42,834 nucleotides of DNA, taken from the IMG/VR virus record IMGVR_UViG_3300037482_000218, positions 1-42,834 of that record. One strand, given 5' to 3'. This document shows positions 8,736 through 17,665 of the stretch, one piece after another. How positions within the stretch are numbered: the stretch's first letter is position 1; each line of letters starts with the position of its first letter. A model generated the notes under the pieces. The model ran no database searches and was not told where the DNA came from. It worked only from the letters and a program-made list of their open reading frames with translations. The DNA comes from a virus. Lineage: Duplodnaviria; Caudoviricetes. The position numbers and the translations under genes are program-made.

Positions 8736-8957
8736 TCAGATGCCGCTCGCAATGCGTGTTTGGCAGTGGCAGACGTGAAGACCGAACACGCTCGGTTCCA
8801 GTCTGGCAAGTTTGCGCTGGGCCTTACCACTCTTTAGGGCCGAAAGCGCCGCCGCCTTGCTTCTCCAGGTCTTTCGTTCCCCGCCTTTGAGGGTTAGCCA
8901 GCTGCCATCTTCACTCAAGTGATAGTGCTGCCATTCGTTGTTCGTCGGTTTGGTCAT
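8736..8957 (-). CDS. Hypothetical protein
   Basis: AAGGAGG RBS. Confidence 0.65.
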   Translation of the reverse strand: MTKPTNNEWQHYHLSEDGSWLTLKGGERKTWRSKAAALSALKSGKAQRKLARLEPSVFGLHVCHCQTRIASGI

Positions 8958-9011
8958 CTCGTGTTCCTCCTTTGCGTAGTCCTTGATTCCGTCGCTACAA
9001 TAGCCTGGGAT

Positions 9012-9236
9012 TCAGGCGGTCTCTGCTAGTTGGATAGTGGCGCTTGGTGCGGCAGCGCGAATAGCAGTGGCGAGCTTGCTATCGATGGCGTAGGACTCTA
9101 CCTCGTCACGCAGTGAGTCGCAGGCTTCCGCCAAAGGGTTGGCATCATAAACACCAATGTCCAAGGCGGGTTCGTCGCGATCAACCCAGACCTCGACGAC
9201 GATTCGTGTAAACAGGATTCGTGGCTTGATTTCCAT
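9012..9236 (-). CDS. Hypothetical protein, first gene of leftward cassette
   Basis: AAGGAG RBS just downstream of promoter. Confidence 0.65.
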   Translation of the reverse strand: MEIKPRILFTRIVVEVWVDRDEPALDIGVYDANPLAEACDSLRDEVESYAIDSKLATAIRAAAPSATIQLAETA

Positions 9237-9272
9237 CTCGTCTTCTCCTTCATTCAGTCGTTGGCTACTATC

Positions 9273-9301
9273 AAGATAGCGCTATCGTGGTAGTACGTCA
9301 A
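9273..9301 (-). promoter_or_regulatory. Sigma-70-type leftward promoter overlapped by a palindrome
   Basis: TTGACG-17 nt-TATCTT on minus strand; GATAGCGCTATC core. Confidence 0.7.
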
Positions 9302-9360
9302 GGGGTTGGACTACATGATATCTTCACAGTTGCGAAATTCGTACCGTGGTATTCGAGGTC

Positions 9361-9390
9361 TTGACGAATCCTATATCTGAGGGTAAGAAT
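9361..9390 (+). promoter_or_regulatory. Putative rightward promoter for TerS
   Basis: TTGACG followed 17-18 nt later by TAAGAAT. Confidence 0.45.
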
Positions 9391-9431
9391 GCAATATAGG
9401 ATGGGCGGAACACGCCCACGGAGGACACGAT

Positions 9432-9887
9432 GTGACATCCAACGTAGAGACGAAGGCCAAGGTAATCGCTCTGGTTCGTGGCGGTGAGACGGCCACGAAG
9501 GCCGCAGAGATTGTCAGCCGGGAGCTGGGCGTTGTCATTCCAGAGCGGACCGCCCAATACTGGGCGATGCAGTTACGCAATTTTGCGGACGAAGAGAAGG
9601 ACCGCACCCTTCTGGACCTCACCTACGCTGTAGCCGTCAGGGCCTCCCACCTCCAGCTGGAATCCCTGGATGAACTGGTAGAGAGCGGCGAGCCGTTGTA
9701 CAAGCACGGAAGCATGCTCAACTTCTACGCCGGCACAGCCTCAGACAAGCTCCAGCGCCGGCAAGAGCTGGCCGACCGCGCCAGGCACAACCAACCGCCC
9801 CAGATCCACGGCCAATACGTGATTGTCGTACCAGGCCTGCCCGAGCCCCCAAGTATTGAAGCGGAGTATCGTGAGGTAGAGGAATGA
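9432..9887 (+). CDS. Putative terminase small subunit
   Basis: N-terminal HTH-like region, helical core, GGAGG RBS, first gene of late region upstream of TerL. Confidence 0.5.
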   Translation: MTSNVETKAKVIALVRGGETATKAAEIVSRELGVVIPERTAQYWAMQLRNFADEEKDRTLLDLTYAVAVRASHLQLESLDELVESGEPLYKHGSMLNFYAGTASDKLQRRQELADRARHNQPPQIHGQYVIVVPGLPEPPSIEAEYREVEE

Positions 9888-10260
9888 ACGCGCCCTACCG
9901 TCAGCACACTACATTCAAGCAGCGCATCAGGGAGCGCGATGGTGACAATACGCGAGCGTCAAGGATGGCAGCGCTCTTCACGGGTGAAGGTGCGTAGGTG
10001 TTTGCCCATCCTCATCCACTCTCACTCGTAAACCACGGGAAGGGCTCCATCCGCACCTACCCAGACAAGGGCGTTTGGTTCGCACTATACACATTAAGAC
10101 AAGCATTATCAGATACGAATCCGTTATTCTAGTGCCCCTGGGTGGGGTGTGCGTATCTGAATCGCCCCAGGGAGCGGCGCTAAGTTAAGAGGTATACGGG
10201 GTGCCTGGAACGGGAATCAGGGACGGGTTGGTGGTGGTACACCGTGGCGGTACTATCGCG

Positions 10261-10345
10261 CTTACGGTGAGCCAGAAAAAACGACCTACTTACCGACTTA
10301 CTTACGCACTTACCTATTGACTAACTTACTTACGGTTGATACTCT
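10261..10345 (+). promoter_or_regulatory. Promoter TTGACT-17-TACTCT (10317-10345) embedded in seven CTTAC repeats
   Basis: CTTAC at 10261, 10289, 10297, 10301, 10309, 10325, 10329. Confidence 0.65.
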
Positions 10346-10352
10346 TGGGGAT

Positions 10353-10697
10353 GTGAGTAAGAAGCCGCGCTGCAAGTTGTGTGGCAAAGAGCACTCTCTG
10401 AGGGAGGGATGCGGTGTTTCACCGGCACGAAATGACGCATTGGCAGGACGAAGGACTAACGATTCAGTTGGGGGGCGTGGTCCTCGGTCCACTGGTGGTG
10501 CGGATGGGCCATTGCCGGTGTGGAAAGCCGGTGTCAGCGATGGAGACGCTGGACGGGAGATGGGGCAGGGGGGTGGAGGACTACCCATGGCGGGGGTTCT
10601 TCCGGAAGATTCTCCAGCTGCGCGCGCAGCCGCCTACCGGGAATGGCAGCGGGAGTACATGCGTGACTACCGTAGGGGAATCAGGAGACGGAAGTGA
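10353..10697 (+). CDS. Zinc-knuckle protein with basic C-terminal helix, probably leaderless
   Basis: MSKKPRCKLCGKEH...AYREWQREYMRDYRRG. Confidence 0.5.
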   Translation: MSKKPRCKLCGKEHSLREGCGVSPARNDALAGRRTNDSVGGRGPRSTGGADGPLPVWKAGVSDGDAGREMGQGGGGLPMAGVLPEDSPAARAAAYREWQREYMRDYRRGIRRRK

Positions 10698-10782
10698 GCG
10701 AGCTCCAAACGGGGCAGACCGGGAGAAGTACAACGCCTACCAGCGAGGCTACAAACGGAAAAAGCGAGCGGAAGGAAAGTGA
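10414..10782 (+). CDS. MFHRH...CRCG protein in an overlapping frame
   Basis: GGGAGGG RBS; same MFHRH and CRCG motifs as 10779-11054; coupled stop. Confidence 0.5.
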   Translation: MFHRHEMTHWQDEGLTIQLGGVVLGPLVVRMGHCRCGKPVSAMETLDGRWGRGVEDYPWRGFFRKILQLRAQPPTGNGSGSTCVTTVGESGDGSERAPNGADREKYNAYQRGYKRKKRAEGK

Positions 10783-11054
10783 TGTTTCATCGGCACAAGC
10801 CATGGGCGTGGGAGGCGCACAATCACCGGGCACAGATCAACGGAGAGGACTGGACGATTTACATGTTAGTAAGCCTTTGTCGGTGCGGGGAGGTCAGGGC
10901 GGAGATTCGGAAGCCGAGAAAGGTGATGCAGGAACCGCTACATGTGAAGCCCCGGATTGCGATAAGTGAATTGAGTATAAGCTCAGAGGCTCCCACCGCC
11001 GGACCTGTTCCGATGCCTGCCGGAAGCGGTTACAGCGAGCCACGTGATGCTTGA
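10779..11054 (+). CDS. MFHRH...CRCG hypothetical protein
   Basis: GTGA coupling; paralogous motifs. Confidence 0.55.
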   Translation: MMFHRHKPWAWEAHNHRAQINGEDWTIYMLVSLCRCGEVRAEIRKPRKVMQEPLHVKPRIAISELSISSEAPTAGPVPMPAGSGYSEPRDA

Positions 11055-11337
11055 GTTGTCGATGGCCCAGCGGAAGGCGCAGCGGGAGTTGTGGTTAGCT
11101 CAAGCTCTGGCGGAGTACCAGCGGCGACGGTCGATGGAGTGCACGGCTGTCCCCTTTAGCGATAGAGATGCTCTGGACGAGTTGGAAAAGGCCGTCTTTG
11201 GGCTCCTCTATAAATTCCATGTTGAAACGGACTGCGGGAAGCCCGAACACTGGGCTGAGTGTGAGCGACTGGTGGAGCAAGTGGGTTGGATTAATTGGGA
11301 GACGTGGCGTGATGTTGCGCTGGATTTGGAAGTCTGA
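11044..11337 (+). CDS. Hypothetical protein
   Basis: Tightly packed ORF. Confidence 0.55.
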   Translation: MMLELSMAQRKAQRELWLAQALAEYQRRRSMECTAVPFSDRDALDELEKAVFGLLYKFHVETDCGKPEHWAECERLVEQVGWINWETWRDVALDLEV

Positions 11338-11621
11338 TGTTTAGCTTCCTCGCGCGGATCAGGTTCCAGTGGCCGGTGCGCATACAGCGGTATCCGTTCA
11401 TCCCGGCGACCGGGTCACAGGGTCATATCCAGATCAACGCTGAGGCGGATGACGTCTTGGATCAAGTCGGGTACGTGGAGAGCCAGCTGGCATCAGCCTG
11501 GGCCGAACGCGTGGACAGCTTCCCCTGGCCCTACCTAGAAAAGACCACTGCGGACGAGATCGACGCTTTGATTGCAGACGGGTTTACGATTGGCTACTCA
11601 GAGGAGACCACCCCAGACTAA
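11337..11621 (+). CDS. Hypothetical protein
   Basis: TGATG coupling. Confidence 0.55.
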   Translation: MFSFLARIRFQWPVRIQRYPFIPATGSQGHIQINAEADDVLDQVGYVESQLASAWAERVDSFPWPYLEKTTADEIDALIADGFTIGYSEETTPD

Positions 11622-11836
11622 TGGATGCTGAGGGAACCGGGATTACCCGTGAAGCGCTCTATGCCATGTGGAAGAATATGACTGGCGGGGCGCTTCGTCC
11701 GTCTTTCTGTGTGGTTAACGAAGCGGTGGCGTTCGCCGCCGGATTGCCGCTGGGTTCAGCGCAGCCCTGGGGCGTCGTGGAGCGCAGAATGTCTTATATC
11801 TGGGGATTAAAGGATGACCGTTCTAGGCTAACTTGA
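11621..11836 (+). CDS. Hypothetical protein
   Basis: TAATG coupling, GAGGAG RBS. Confidence 0.5.
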   Translation: MDAEGTGITREALYAMWKNMTGGALRPSFCVVNEAVAFAAGLPLGSAQPWGVVERRMSYIWGLKDDRSRLT

Positions 11837-13146
11837 CTACCGCCACCGCCCGTCCTGATGCGCCTGTATTCGGGCGCATCGAACTATTGGCCGGGCCTCA
11901 GGCGGACTTCGTGATGTCCGCGGCCCCCTTCCCCGGCCTCTTCGGGGGGCGCGGTTCCGGGAAGACGGTCGCCTCTGTCGTCAAGGAATTCATGGGGGCG
12001 ACGACCTATCCAGGGTCAGCCGGGTGTATTACAGAGCCGACCTACAAACAGCACTTCCGCGTTCTCCTCCCGGTGTTCCGTAGGCTTTTTGGGGCCGGTG
12101 AGGGGCCAATCTGGGAGTTCAAGAAGGCGGACATGGAAATCCGCTGGGTGAACGGCTCCTCGACTTATCTTGGCTACGCGGAAGACCCTGAATCGGTCCG
12201 TGGCCTCACCCTTGCCCGCTTCAATCTTGACGAAGCCCGCGTCGGTAAGCAGCACGAGACGTTTATGAACCTCCAGGGCTGCCTGCGGCAGGAGGGCTTC
12301 CCCCATCAGGGTTCGGTTACGACTACGCCCGCGGGAAAGCGCCACTGGCTCTACTACCGCTGGGTGCAAAAAAAGCTTCCGTGGGAGGAGGTCAACCTGC
12401 CGTGGGAGGACTATAAGTTCTTCCTCGCCGATTCAGAGACGAACACCCACAACCCGCCAGAATTCCTGACTCGGCTCAGGGCCTCGTTCGGTGGCACGCG
12501 CTGGGCCGAGCAGGAAATCGGCGGTCAGTTCGTCGTCTTCGAGGGTCAGGCGTTCCCCAACTTCAACGAGGATATCCACGTCCGGCGCCCGCCGCCTGAC
12601 ATGCGCTGGCGCCGTCAGGTCACCGGTATGGACTGGGGAGCGATCCGTCCCACTGCTGTCTATGAGGTCTGTCAGGACCACGACAACCGGGTGTGGGTGA
12701 CCCGCGAATTCTATAAATCGAGATGCACGGAGACGGAACTCCTGAACGCCCTCGGCGAATTCCCGCCGAGGGTTTATTGCGACCCCTCCGCGAAGGACGT
12801 CATCGAGTCGATGAACCGTCATGGAGTGCAGGCCCGCAAGGCCCAGTCCAACGACTTCGCCCTGCGCGTCCGGCTGGTGGGCTCCCGTCTGGCCCTCGAC
12901 CCCGGCTCCGGTCAGCCCGGAATGTACATCTCTCCGGACTGTCCCAACCTGATCGAGGAGATCGCTGGCCTGATGTACGCCAAGCCCAGGGGGATGGACG
13001 AATACTACTCAGACCGCTGGGAACCGGGGTCGAACGATCACGGCTTCGATGGCGTGTCCTATGCCTTGCAGGAGATCGATACAGGCATGAGGGGTCGTCC
13101 TCAGCCATCAGTTGTGTTCCAGCGCTGGGGTCATGGCAGGAGATAA
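11833..13146 (+). CDS. terL: Terminase large subunit
   Basis: Walker A GGRGSGKT, Walker B FNLDEA, TTTP motif, nuclease GMDWG, YCDPS, NDHGFDG. Confidence 0.95.
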   Translation: MTTATARPDAPVFGRIELLAGPQADFVMSAAPFPGLFGGRGSGKTVASVVKEFMGATTYPGSAGCITEPTYKQHFRVLLPVFRRLFGAGEGPIWEFKKADMEIRWVNGSSTYLGYAEDPESVRGLTLARFNLDEARVGKQHETFMNLQGCLRQEGFPHQGSVTTTPAGKRHWLYYRWVQKKLPWEEVNLPWEDYKFFLADSETNTHNPPEFLTRLRASFGGTRWAEQEIGGQFVVFEGQAFPNFNEDIHVRRPPPDMRWRRQVTGMDWGAIRPTAVYEVCQDHDNRVWVTREFYKSRCTETELLNALGEFPPRVYCDPSAKDVIESMNRHGVQARKAQSNDFALRVRLVGSRLALDPGSGQPGMYISPDCPNLIEEIAGLMYAKPRGMDEYYSDRWEPGSNDHGFDGVSYALQEIDTGMRGRPQPSVVFQRWGHGRR

Positions 13147-13157
13147 AGGAGTACCTG

Positions 13158-13328
13158 GTGCGAAAAGAAGATAGGAACCGTGGGAAGCCAAACCCATGGC
13201 TCCGGTGCTATCGCTGTGGACTAACCCCTCTGTACGATTGCGCCTGCACGAAAGGCGACCTCCGAGAATTCATCTTGTCTCAGGGCCGGACGTGGATCGA
13301 TGTGGCTGTGGGTCACGGAAGACGTTGA
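13158..13328 (+). CDS. Small Cys-rich protein (56 aa)
   Basis: AAGGAG RBS + GTG; RCYRCG..LYDCAC; ends GHGRR like TerL. Confidence 0.55.
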   Translation: MRKEDRNRGKPNPWLRCYRCGLTPLYDCACTKGDLREFILSQGRTWIDVAVGHGRR

Positions 13329-13729
13329 GAAAGCGCGACGTGAACAAGCTCTGCCTGAAATGGCGAGACCGCCTATGGCTCGGCCACTGGCGCATCGGCC
13401 CTGTCGCCGAGACGGAAATTGCGGAGAAGGGTGAGAACGGCTACGAGACAGCCGCTTATGTGAGTTACGAGGCGGTCTATCAGGACGCCCGTGTGCATGT
13501 TTCAGAAAAGGTCTGGGATAAGCGTTCACCAGCCTCCCGGAACCGCACAATGTGCCACGAGATGGTGCACCTGGCGAACGCGCCAGTGGCCGAGTTTATC
13601 GAGCGGGTCATCGCCGAACTGCCATCACAAAAAGGGGCCGTCTACAAGAAGTGGTGGGACGCGCTCAACGAAGAGAACACGACGCACTGGACGAACGTGA
13701 TGCTCGGCGCGCACAAGGAGCTTGCCTGA
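13325..13729 (+). CDS. Zincin-like HExxH protein
   Basis: TMCHEMVHL; TTGA coupling. Confidence 0.65.
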   Translation: MRKRDVNKLCLKWRDRLWLGHWRIGPVAETEIAEKGENGYETAAYVSYEAVYQDARVHVSEKVWDKRSPASRNRTMCHEMVHLANAPVAEFIERVIAELPSQKGAVYKKWWDALNEENTTHWTNVMLGAHKELA

Positions 13730-15552
13730 TGGCCTACAACACGAAGCCAGATGCGGAGTACGTCCGCAAGTTCGCCGAGCGGATGAAGACGCAATGGGGG
13801 CAGCAGTCCACGGTGGACGAGATCGAACTTGGCCTGGAGAACCTCAAGAACGAGATCAGCATCGCCTCTAACGATCCCAAGGCTCCCCTTCAGCCGATCC
13901 ACACGGCGCTTGCGGGATTACTGGTGGACGAGGACGCCGCACTCATCACCGTCTTTCCGTTCGCTCACGTCAACCCGCCCACGGATAAGGAGAAGGACTC
14001 CCAACAGGCCTCCGAACTCCTCGAGCCGTGGCTGGCCGCCGCGCTCAAGCGGTCGCAGGGCTTCGACAAGGTGTGGGGGAGAATGCCCCGGACGATGGTC
14101 TCGCTGGGCCGGGCGTGGACGTTCGTCTCCCACGACCCCGACGCCTGGTACGGCGACGAAGAGTACGAGCGTATAGATAAGGAAGACTCGTCCGCCGTCG
14201 AGGCCTACAAGCGCGATAGGTGGCCGCTCAGGTGGCGGCACGTCGACACCCGTAACACCTGGACGTACTTCGGGGGAAGACACTGGCTTCCGGAAGTGGT
14301 GGAGTGCCGCAAACTCACCAAAGAGGAGATTGAGGACGCCTACCCCGGCCAGGTGCCGGACGAATACGCCAAGTCCAGGGAGTCGACCCCGGTCGAGGTC
14401 ATCGAGTACGCCAACTGGGAGTGGTGCTGCACCGTAATCGCGGGCAAAAAGACGGCGAACCTGGTCTGGGAGTGGAAGCACAACCTGGGCAAGAACCCCT
14501 ACGTGCTCATGGAGGCCAACCTGATGCCGGAGAACGACCTGGGCATCCGCTGGAAGCCCGCCATGTTCTACGCCACCGATTTGATCCAGGCGTTCGACAC
14601 GATCCTCTCCGACCTCAACCAGAACCACCACGAGAACACCCGCGCCATTCTGCTCCAGGTCTACGATCGCGAACTCTACGAAGAAGACGCCAAGACCGCC
14701 GGCAGGCCGAAGGTCGAGAAGTGGGAGCCGGGAGGGACATACGCCGTCTGGGACTCCGAGAAGCCGATGCTCGCCCCCACGGTGGAGATCAACCAGCAGT
14801 CGCTCTTCCTCCTCCAGTTCCTGCACGGGCTGATCCGCGAGAACGCCATCCGCCCGGTCGAACGGGGCGAGACGAAATCGGGCGACTCCAACAACAAGTT
14901 CACGACGCAGGTCCAGGTCGCCGAGCGTGAGTTCGACCCGGCCATGCAGGCGATCAACGAAGCGTGGGAGCAAATCTGCATCCTCCACTTCCGGGCCGTC
15001 TGCGCGCTTAACCACGACTACCCGGACAAGCCGGACAAGGTGGCGATCTTCGGCCAGTTCATGTCGCGCGAAGGCACGACGGTGAAGAAGCTGATCGCGG
15101 TCGGCCCAGACGACGTGAAGGGCTGGGAGGCCGCGCTACAGGCCGTCTCCTCCCGCGCCATCCCGATAGACCGCAACTCGCAGATCGCCGCCGCCACGGC
15201 CCTCACGGGGCTGGAGGTGCCGATCTCGATGATTCAGGAGGAACTCGGCTACGAAAGCTCTACCGCTGTACGCAGGGTCTACTACCGCGAGCAGCTTGAG
15301 CGCATCGTTTTCGAGCAGGTGATCACCCCGGCGATGGTGCAGCAGGCGACGGCGGTGTTCGCCGGCCTCACTCCGGAGCAGCAGGGCGAGGTGGAGCAGA
15401 TGTTCACCGGGGCCACGCCCACCGTGCAGCAGGTGCTCGGCGAGTCGGGGGCGGTGCCCGGCAATCTCTTGCAGGCGATGGCCAACGAGCGCCGCAACGG
15501 CGTCCCGCAGGCCCCGCAGAACCCCGAACTCAATCAGGTGCTACCACGATGA
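13729..15552 (+). CDS. Portal protein (607 aa)
   Basis: Size and position after TerL; Q-rich C-terminus; TGATG coupling. Confidence 0.75.
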   Translation: MAYNTKPDAEYVRKFAERMKTQWGQQSTVDEIELGLENLKNEISIASNDPKAPLQPIHTALAGLLVDEDAALITVFPFAHVNPPTDKEKDSQQASELLEPWLAAALKRSQGFDKVWGRMPRTMVSLGRAWTFVSHDPDAWYGDEEYERIDKEDSSAVEAYKRDRWPLRWRHVDTRNTWTYFGGRHWLPEVVECRKLTKEEIEDAYPGQVPDEYAKSRESTPVEVIEYANWEWCCTVIAGKKTANLVWEWKHNLGKNPYVLMEANLMPENDLGIRWKPAMFYATDLIQAFDTILSDLNQNHHENTRAILLQVYDRELYEEDAKTAGRPKVEKWEPGGTYAVWDSEKPMLAPTVEINQQSLFLLQFLHGLIRENAIRPVERGETKSGDSNNKFTTQVQVAEREFDPAMQAINEAWEQICILHFRAVCALNHDYPDKPDKVAIFGQFMSREGTTVKKLIAVGPDDVKGWEAALQAVSSRAIPIDRNSQIAAATALTGLEVPISMIQEELGYESSTAVRRVYYREQLERIVFEQVITPAMVQQATAVFAGLTPEQQGEVEQMFTGATPTVQQVLGESGAVPGNLLQAMANERRNGVPQAPQNPELNQVLPR

Positions 15553-15707
15553 TGAATCACTGGCTAGCGCATGGCCCGTATCCCCCGCCACAGTTTGAGG
15601 GTGATGCCCGAGTTAGCGAAATAACTGATTCCTTCGCGCTAATAATCGGCCCCGGCTGGCGAGCACGCGTTCTGCGTATCGTGGCTTGGGTGTTGAGGTT
15701 GCCATGA
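15549..15707 (+). CDS. Hypothetical protein (52 aa)
   Basis: ATGA coupling at both ends; not in ORF track. Confidence 0.4.
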   Translation: MMNHWLAHGPYPPPQFEGDARVSEITDSFALIIGPGWRARVLRIVAWVLRLP

Positions 15708-16012
15708 CGCAGGAAAAGTTCGGCTCCCCGGAACTCGGCGACGCCACGGCGAAGTGGGAAGAGGACGTGAGCTACGTCGTGGGGCAGGTGGAAAAGTTCT
15801 CCCGCGAAGTGATGCCGAAAATACTCAACCGCCCGCCGGGCTCAACGCCCAAGCCGCCGGAGGTGGAGCGCCTGGAACACGACGCGGTGGCCGCTGACGT
15901 GGGCGCCGCCCGGAAATACTGGACGGGGCTGCTTACGGCCTACGGCGGGAACGTCGGGCTGGCGACCTACGAGTTTCTGCAATGGGACCGCAGGATGAGG
16001 GAGAAGAAGTAA
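15704..16012 (+). CDS. Hypothetical virion-region protein
   Basis: GAGG RBS; coupled to next gene. Confidence 0.6.
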   Translation: MTQEKFGSPELGDATAKWEEDVSYVVGQVEKFSREVMPKILNRPPGSTPKPPEVERLEHDAVAADVGAARKYWTGLLTAYGGNVGLATYEFLQWDRRMREKK

Positions 16013-17664
16013 TGACGCTTCCAAATTCGGCCTACGGTATCGACGCAGATACGCTGGCCTTTTACAATCCCGCCGTTTGGGACTCCATTAATGCGCAGAT
16101 GCAGTTCGGCCCGCGCACGGCGCTGGACATCTACCTCGCCCAGCTTGACAACGCCTCGCGCCTCCAGGGTATCCAGGCGCAGTCCGCCTCTTCGGCGCAG
16201 GCCTCAGCGGCCTCAGCCGGCGCGCAGGTCGCCTCCGCCGGGATCAACGCGCAGGGCGGCATTGCCCAGCAACAGATCGCCTCCGGGGCGCAACTCCAGG
16301 GCATCCAGGCCCAGATCGCCGCCGACCTCGAAGGGGCCCGCCAGGGCGATATCGCCGCCGCGCAGAGGTTGCAGGCTAACCTTCAGCTCCTGGCCTCACA
16401 GTCGAACCAGCAGACCGGCCTCACCCTCTCCCAACTCGGCGGCTCGGGTCAGTTGCGCGACTACATGGCGCGCCAGAACTACCTCTACGGCGGTGGCGCG
16501 CAACCAGGGGCCTTCTCTTCAATGCAGGGCTTGCCCTCACCCTGGATCACGGCCCCGCAGGTGGGGCTGCCCCCGATGTACACCGTGCCGAAGGTGGGCA
16601 GCCTGCCCAGCGCCAAGATGCCCGAGATCAACATCCCGTCCTTCGGCGGCGGCGGAGGTGGGTTTAGTGGCGGCGGGGGCGGCGCTCCGGACTACGCCAG
16701 TCTCGTGAACATGGTGAACCAGGCTATCGCGCCGCAAACCCCGGTATTCGACTTCGCGCCCCCTGCTCCCGCTCCTGCCCCGGTGCAATCCGCCACGGGC
16801 GGACTGGCCTCGGCGCTCACTGCCAGCATCACCGGCAACCCGGCGCAGTCGGCGTCCAACACACAGGCGGCGTGGCAGCAAATCCTGGCGAACCAAGACA
16901 ATTACCTGGCCGGAGGCGGCACGGCCAAGGAAGGCCAGTCGGTTATCGTCGGCGACGCTCCGGGCGGACGGCTAACCCCGTTCTCAGAGGTGCTGACCGT
17001 GAAGAACGGCAAGGTCACGGTGACGCCGATCACGGGTGCGGCGCAGGGCGGCGGGGTGCTGAGCACCCTTCCCAAGGAGATGCCCGATTGGAAGCCCATA
17101 CCACTGTCCGACCCCTCGATGCTTCCCCAGCCCTCCATCCCCGCACCCGCGCTAAGTGGCTACGATCCGGGGGTCCGCAGGCCGGTCGCAGGCGGGGTCC
17201 TCGCCAGCGGCGGTACGCGCGTTCCTCAGCCGGAGAACCCGCTCCCGCCGTCATCAGGCACGACCGTCGAGCTGCCCGATGGCACAACCGTGAAGTCCGA
17301 AGGCCCCGGCCAGCAGCCGCTGAATACGATGGGGGCGACGCCGCAGCCGGTCTCACCCGCCACCGGCGACCCGCTCAACCCCTCCGTCTTCCCGTGGCTC
17401 AACCAACTCACTGGCGCGTCCCCGTTCAACCCCACGAACCTCCAGCCGCTCCGGCAGGACATCCCCGGCGCGCCGGGCTATGGCGAGACGATTCCCATGC
17501 CGTGGGAAGTGGCTTACGGCGCGCAGCGCGACCCCTTCGCGGGCGCTCAGTACCTCGATCTCGTGGACGCGCTGGGCCTGCCCCGCTCAATCGCGCAATC
17601 ACTGATTAACACCTTTACACCCGGCTATCGTCAAGGCTTCAACTTTAGACCCCTAGGTTTCTAG
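16012..17664 (+). CDS. Probable internal virion (ejection) protein
   Basis: Q/A/G/P-rich; LAGGG..KEGQSVIVGD..G...EVL motif. Confidence 0.55.
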   Translation: MTLPNSAYGIDADTLAFYNPAVWDSINAQMQFGPRTALDIYLAQLDNASRLQGIQAQSASSAQASAASAGAQVASAGINAQGGIAQQQIASGAQLQGIQAQIAADLEGARQGDIAAAQRLQANLQLLASQSNQQTGLTLSQLGGSGQLRDYMARQNYLYGGGAQPGAFSSMQGLPSPWITAPQVGLPPMYTVPKVGSLPSAKMPEINIPSFGGGGGGFSGGGGGAPDYASLVNMVNQAIAPQTPVFDFAPPAPAPAPVQSATGGLASALTASITGNPAQSASNTQAAWQQILANQDNYLAGGGTAKEGQSVIVGDAPGGRLTPFSEVLTVKNGKVTVTPITGAAQGGGVLSTLPKEMPDWKPIPLSDPSMLPQPSIPAPALSGYDPGVRRPVAGGVLASGGTRVPQPENPLPPSSGTTVELPDGTTVKSEGPGQQPLNTMGATPQPVSPATGDPLNPSVFPWLNQLTGASPFNPTNLQPLRQDIPGAPGYGETIPMPWEVAYGAQRDPFAGAQYLDLVDALGLPRSIAQSLINTFTPGYRQGFNFRPLGF

Positions 17665-17665
17665 A

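Noticed and set aside
8660-8740. Hammerhead ribozyme on minus strand (CTGA...GAAAC with stems)
   Set aside because: The CUGANGA core is absent (CTGAATC) and the stem arrangement does not fit
9884-9997. HNH terminase-cofactor gene (KQRIRERDG)
   Set aside because: Only 37 aa with no Cys or HNH residues; at most a remnant
10261-10335. CRISPR or mini-array
   Set aside because: 5-6 nt repeats with no spacer-length unique sequences; no cas genes
13918-15015. Long antisense ORFs (also 23062-23949, 31978-32721)
   Set aside because: Shadow frames of GC-rich genes with no motifs or RBS
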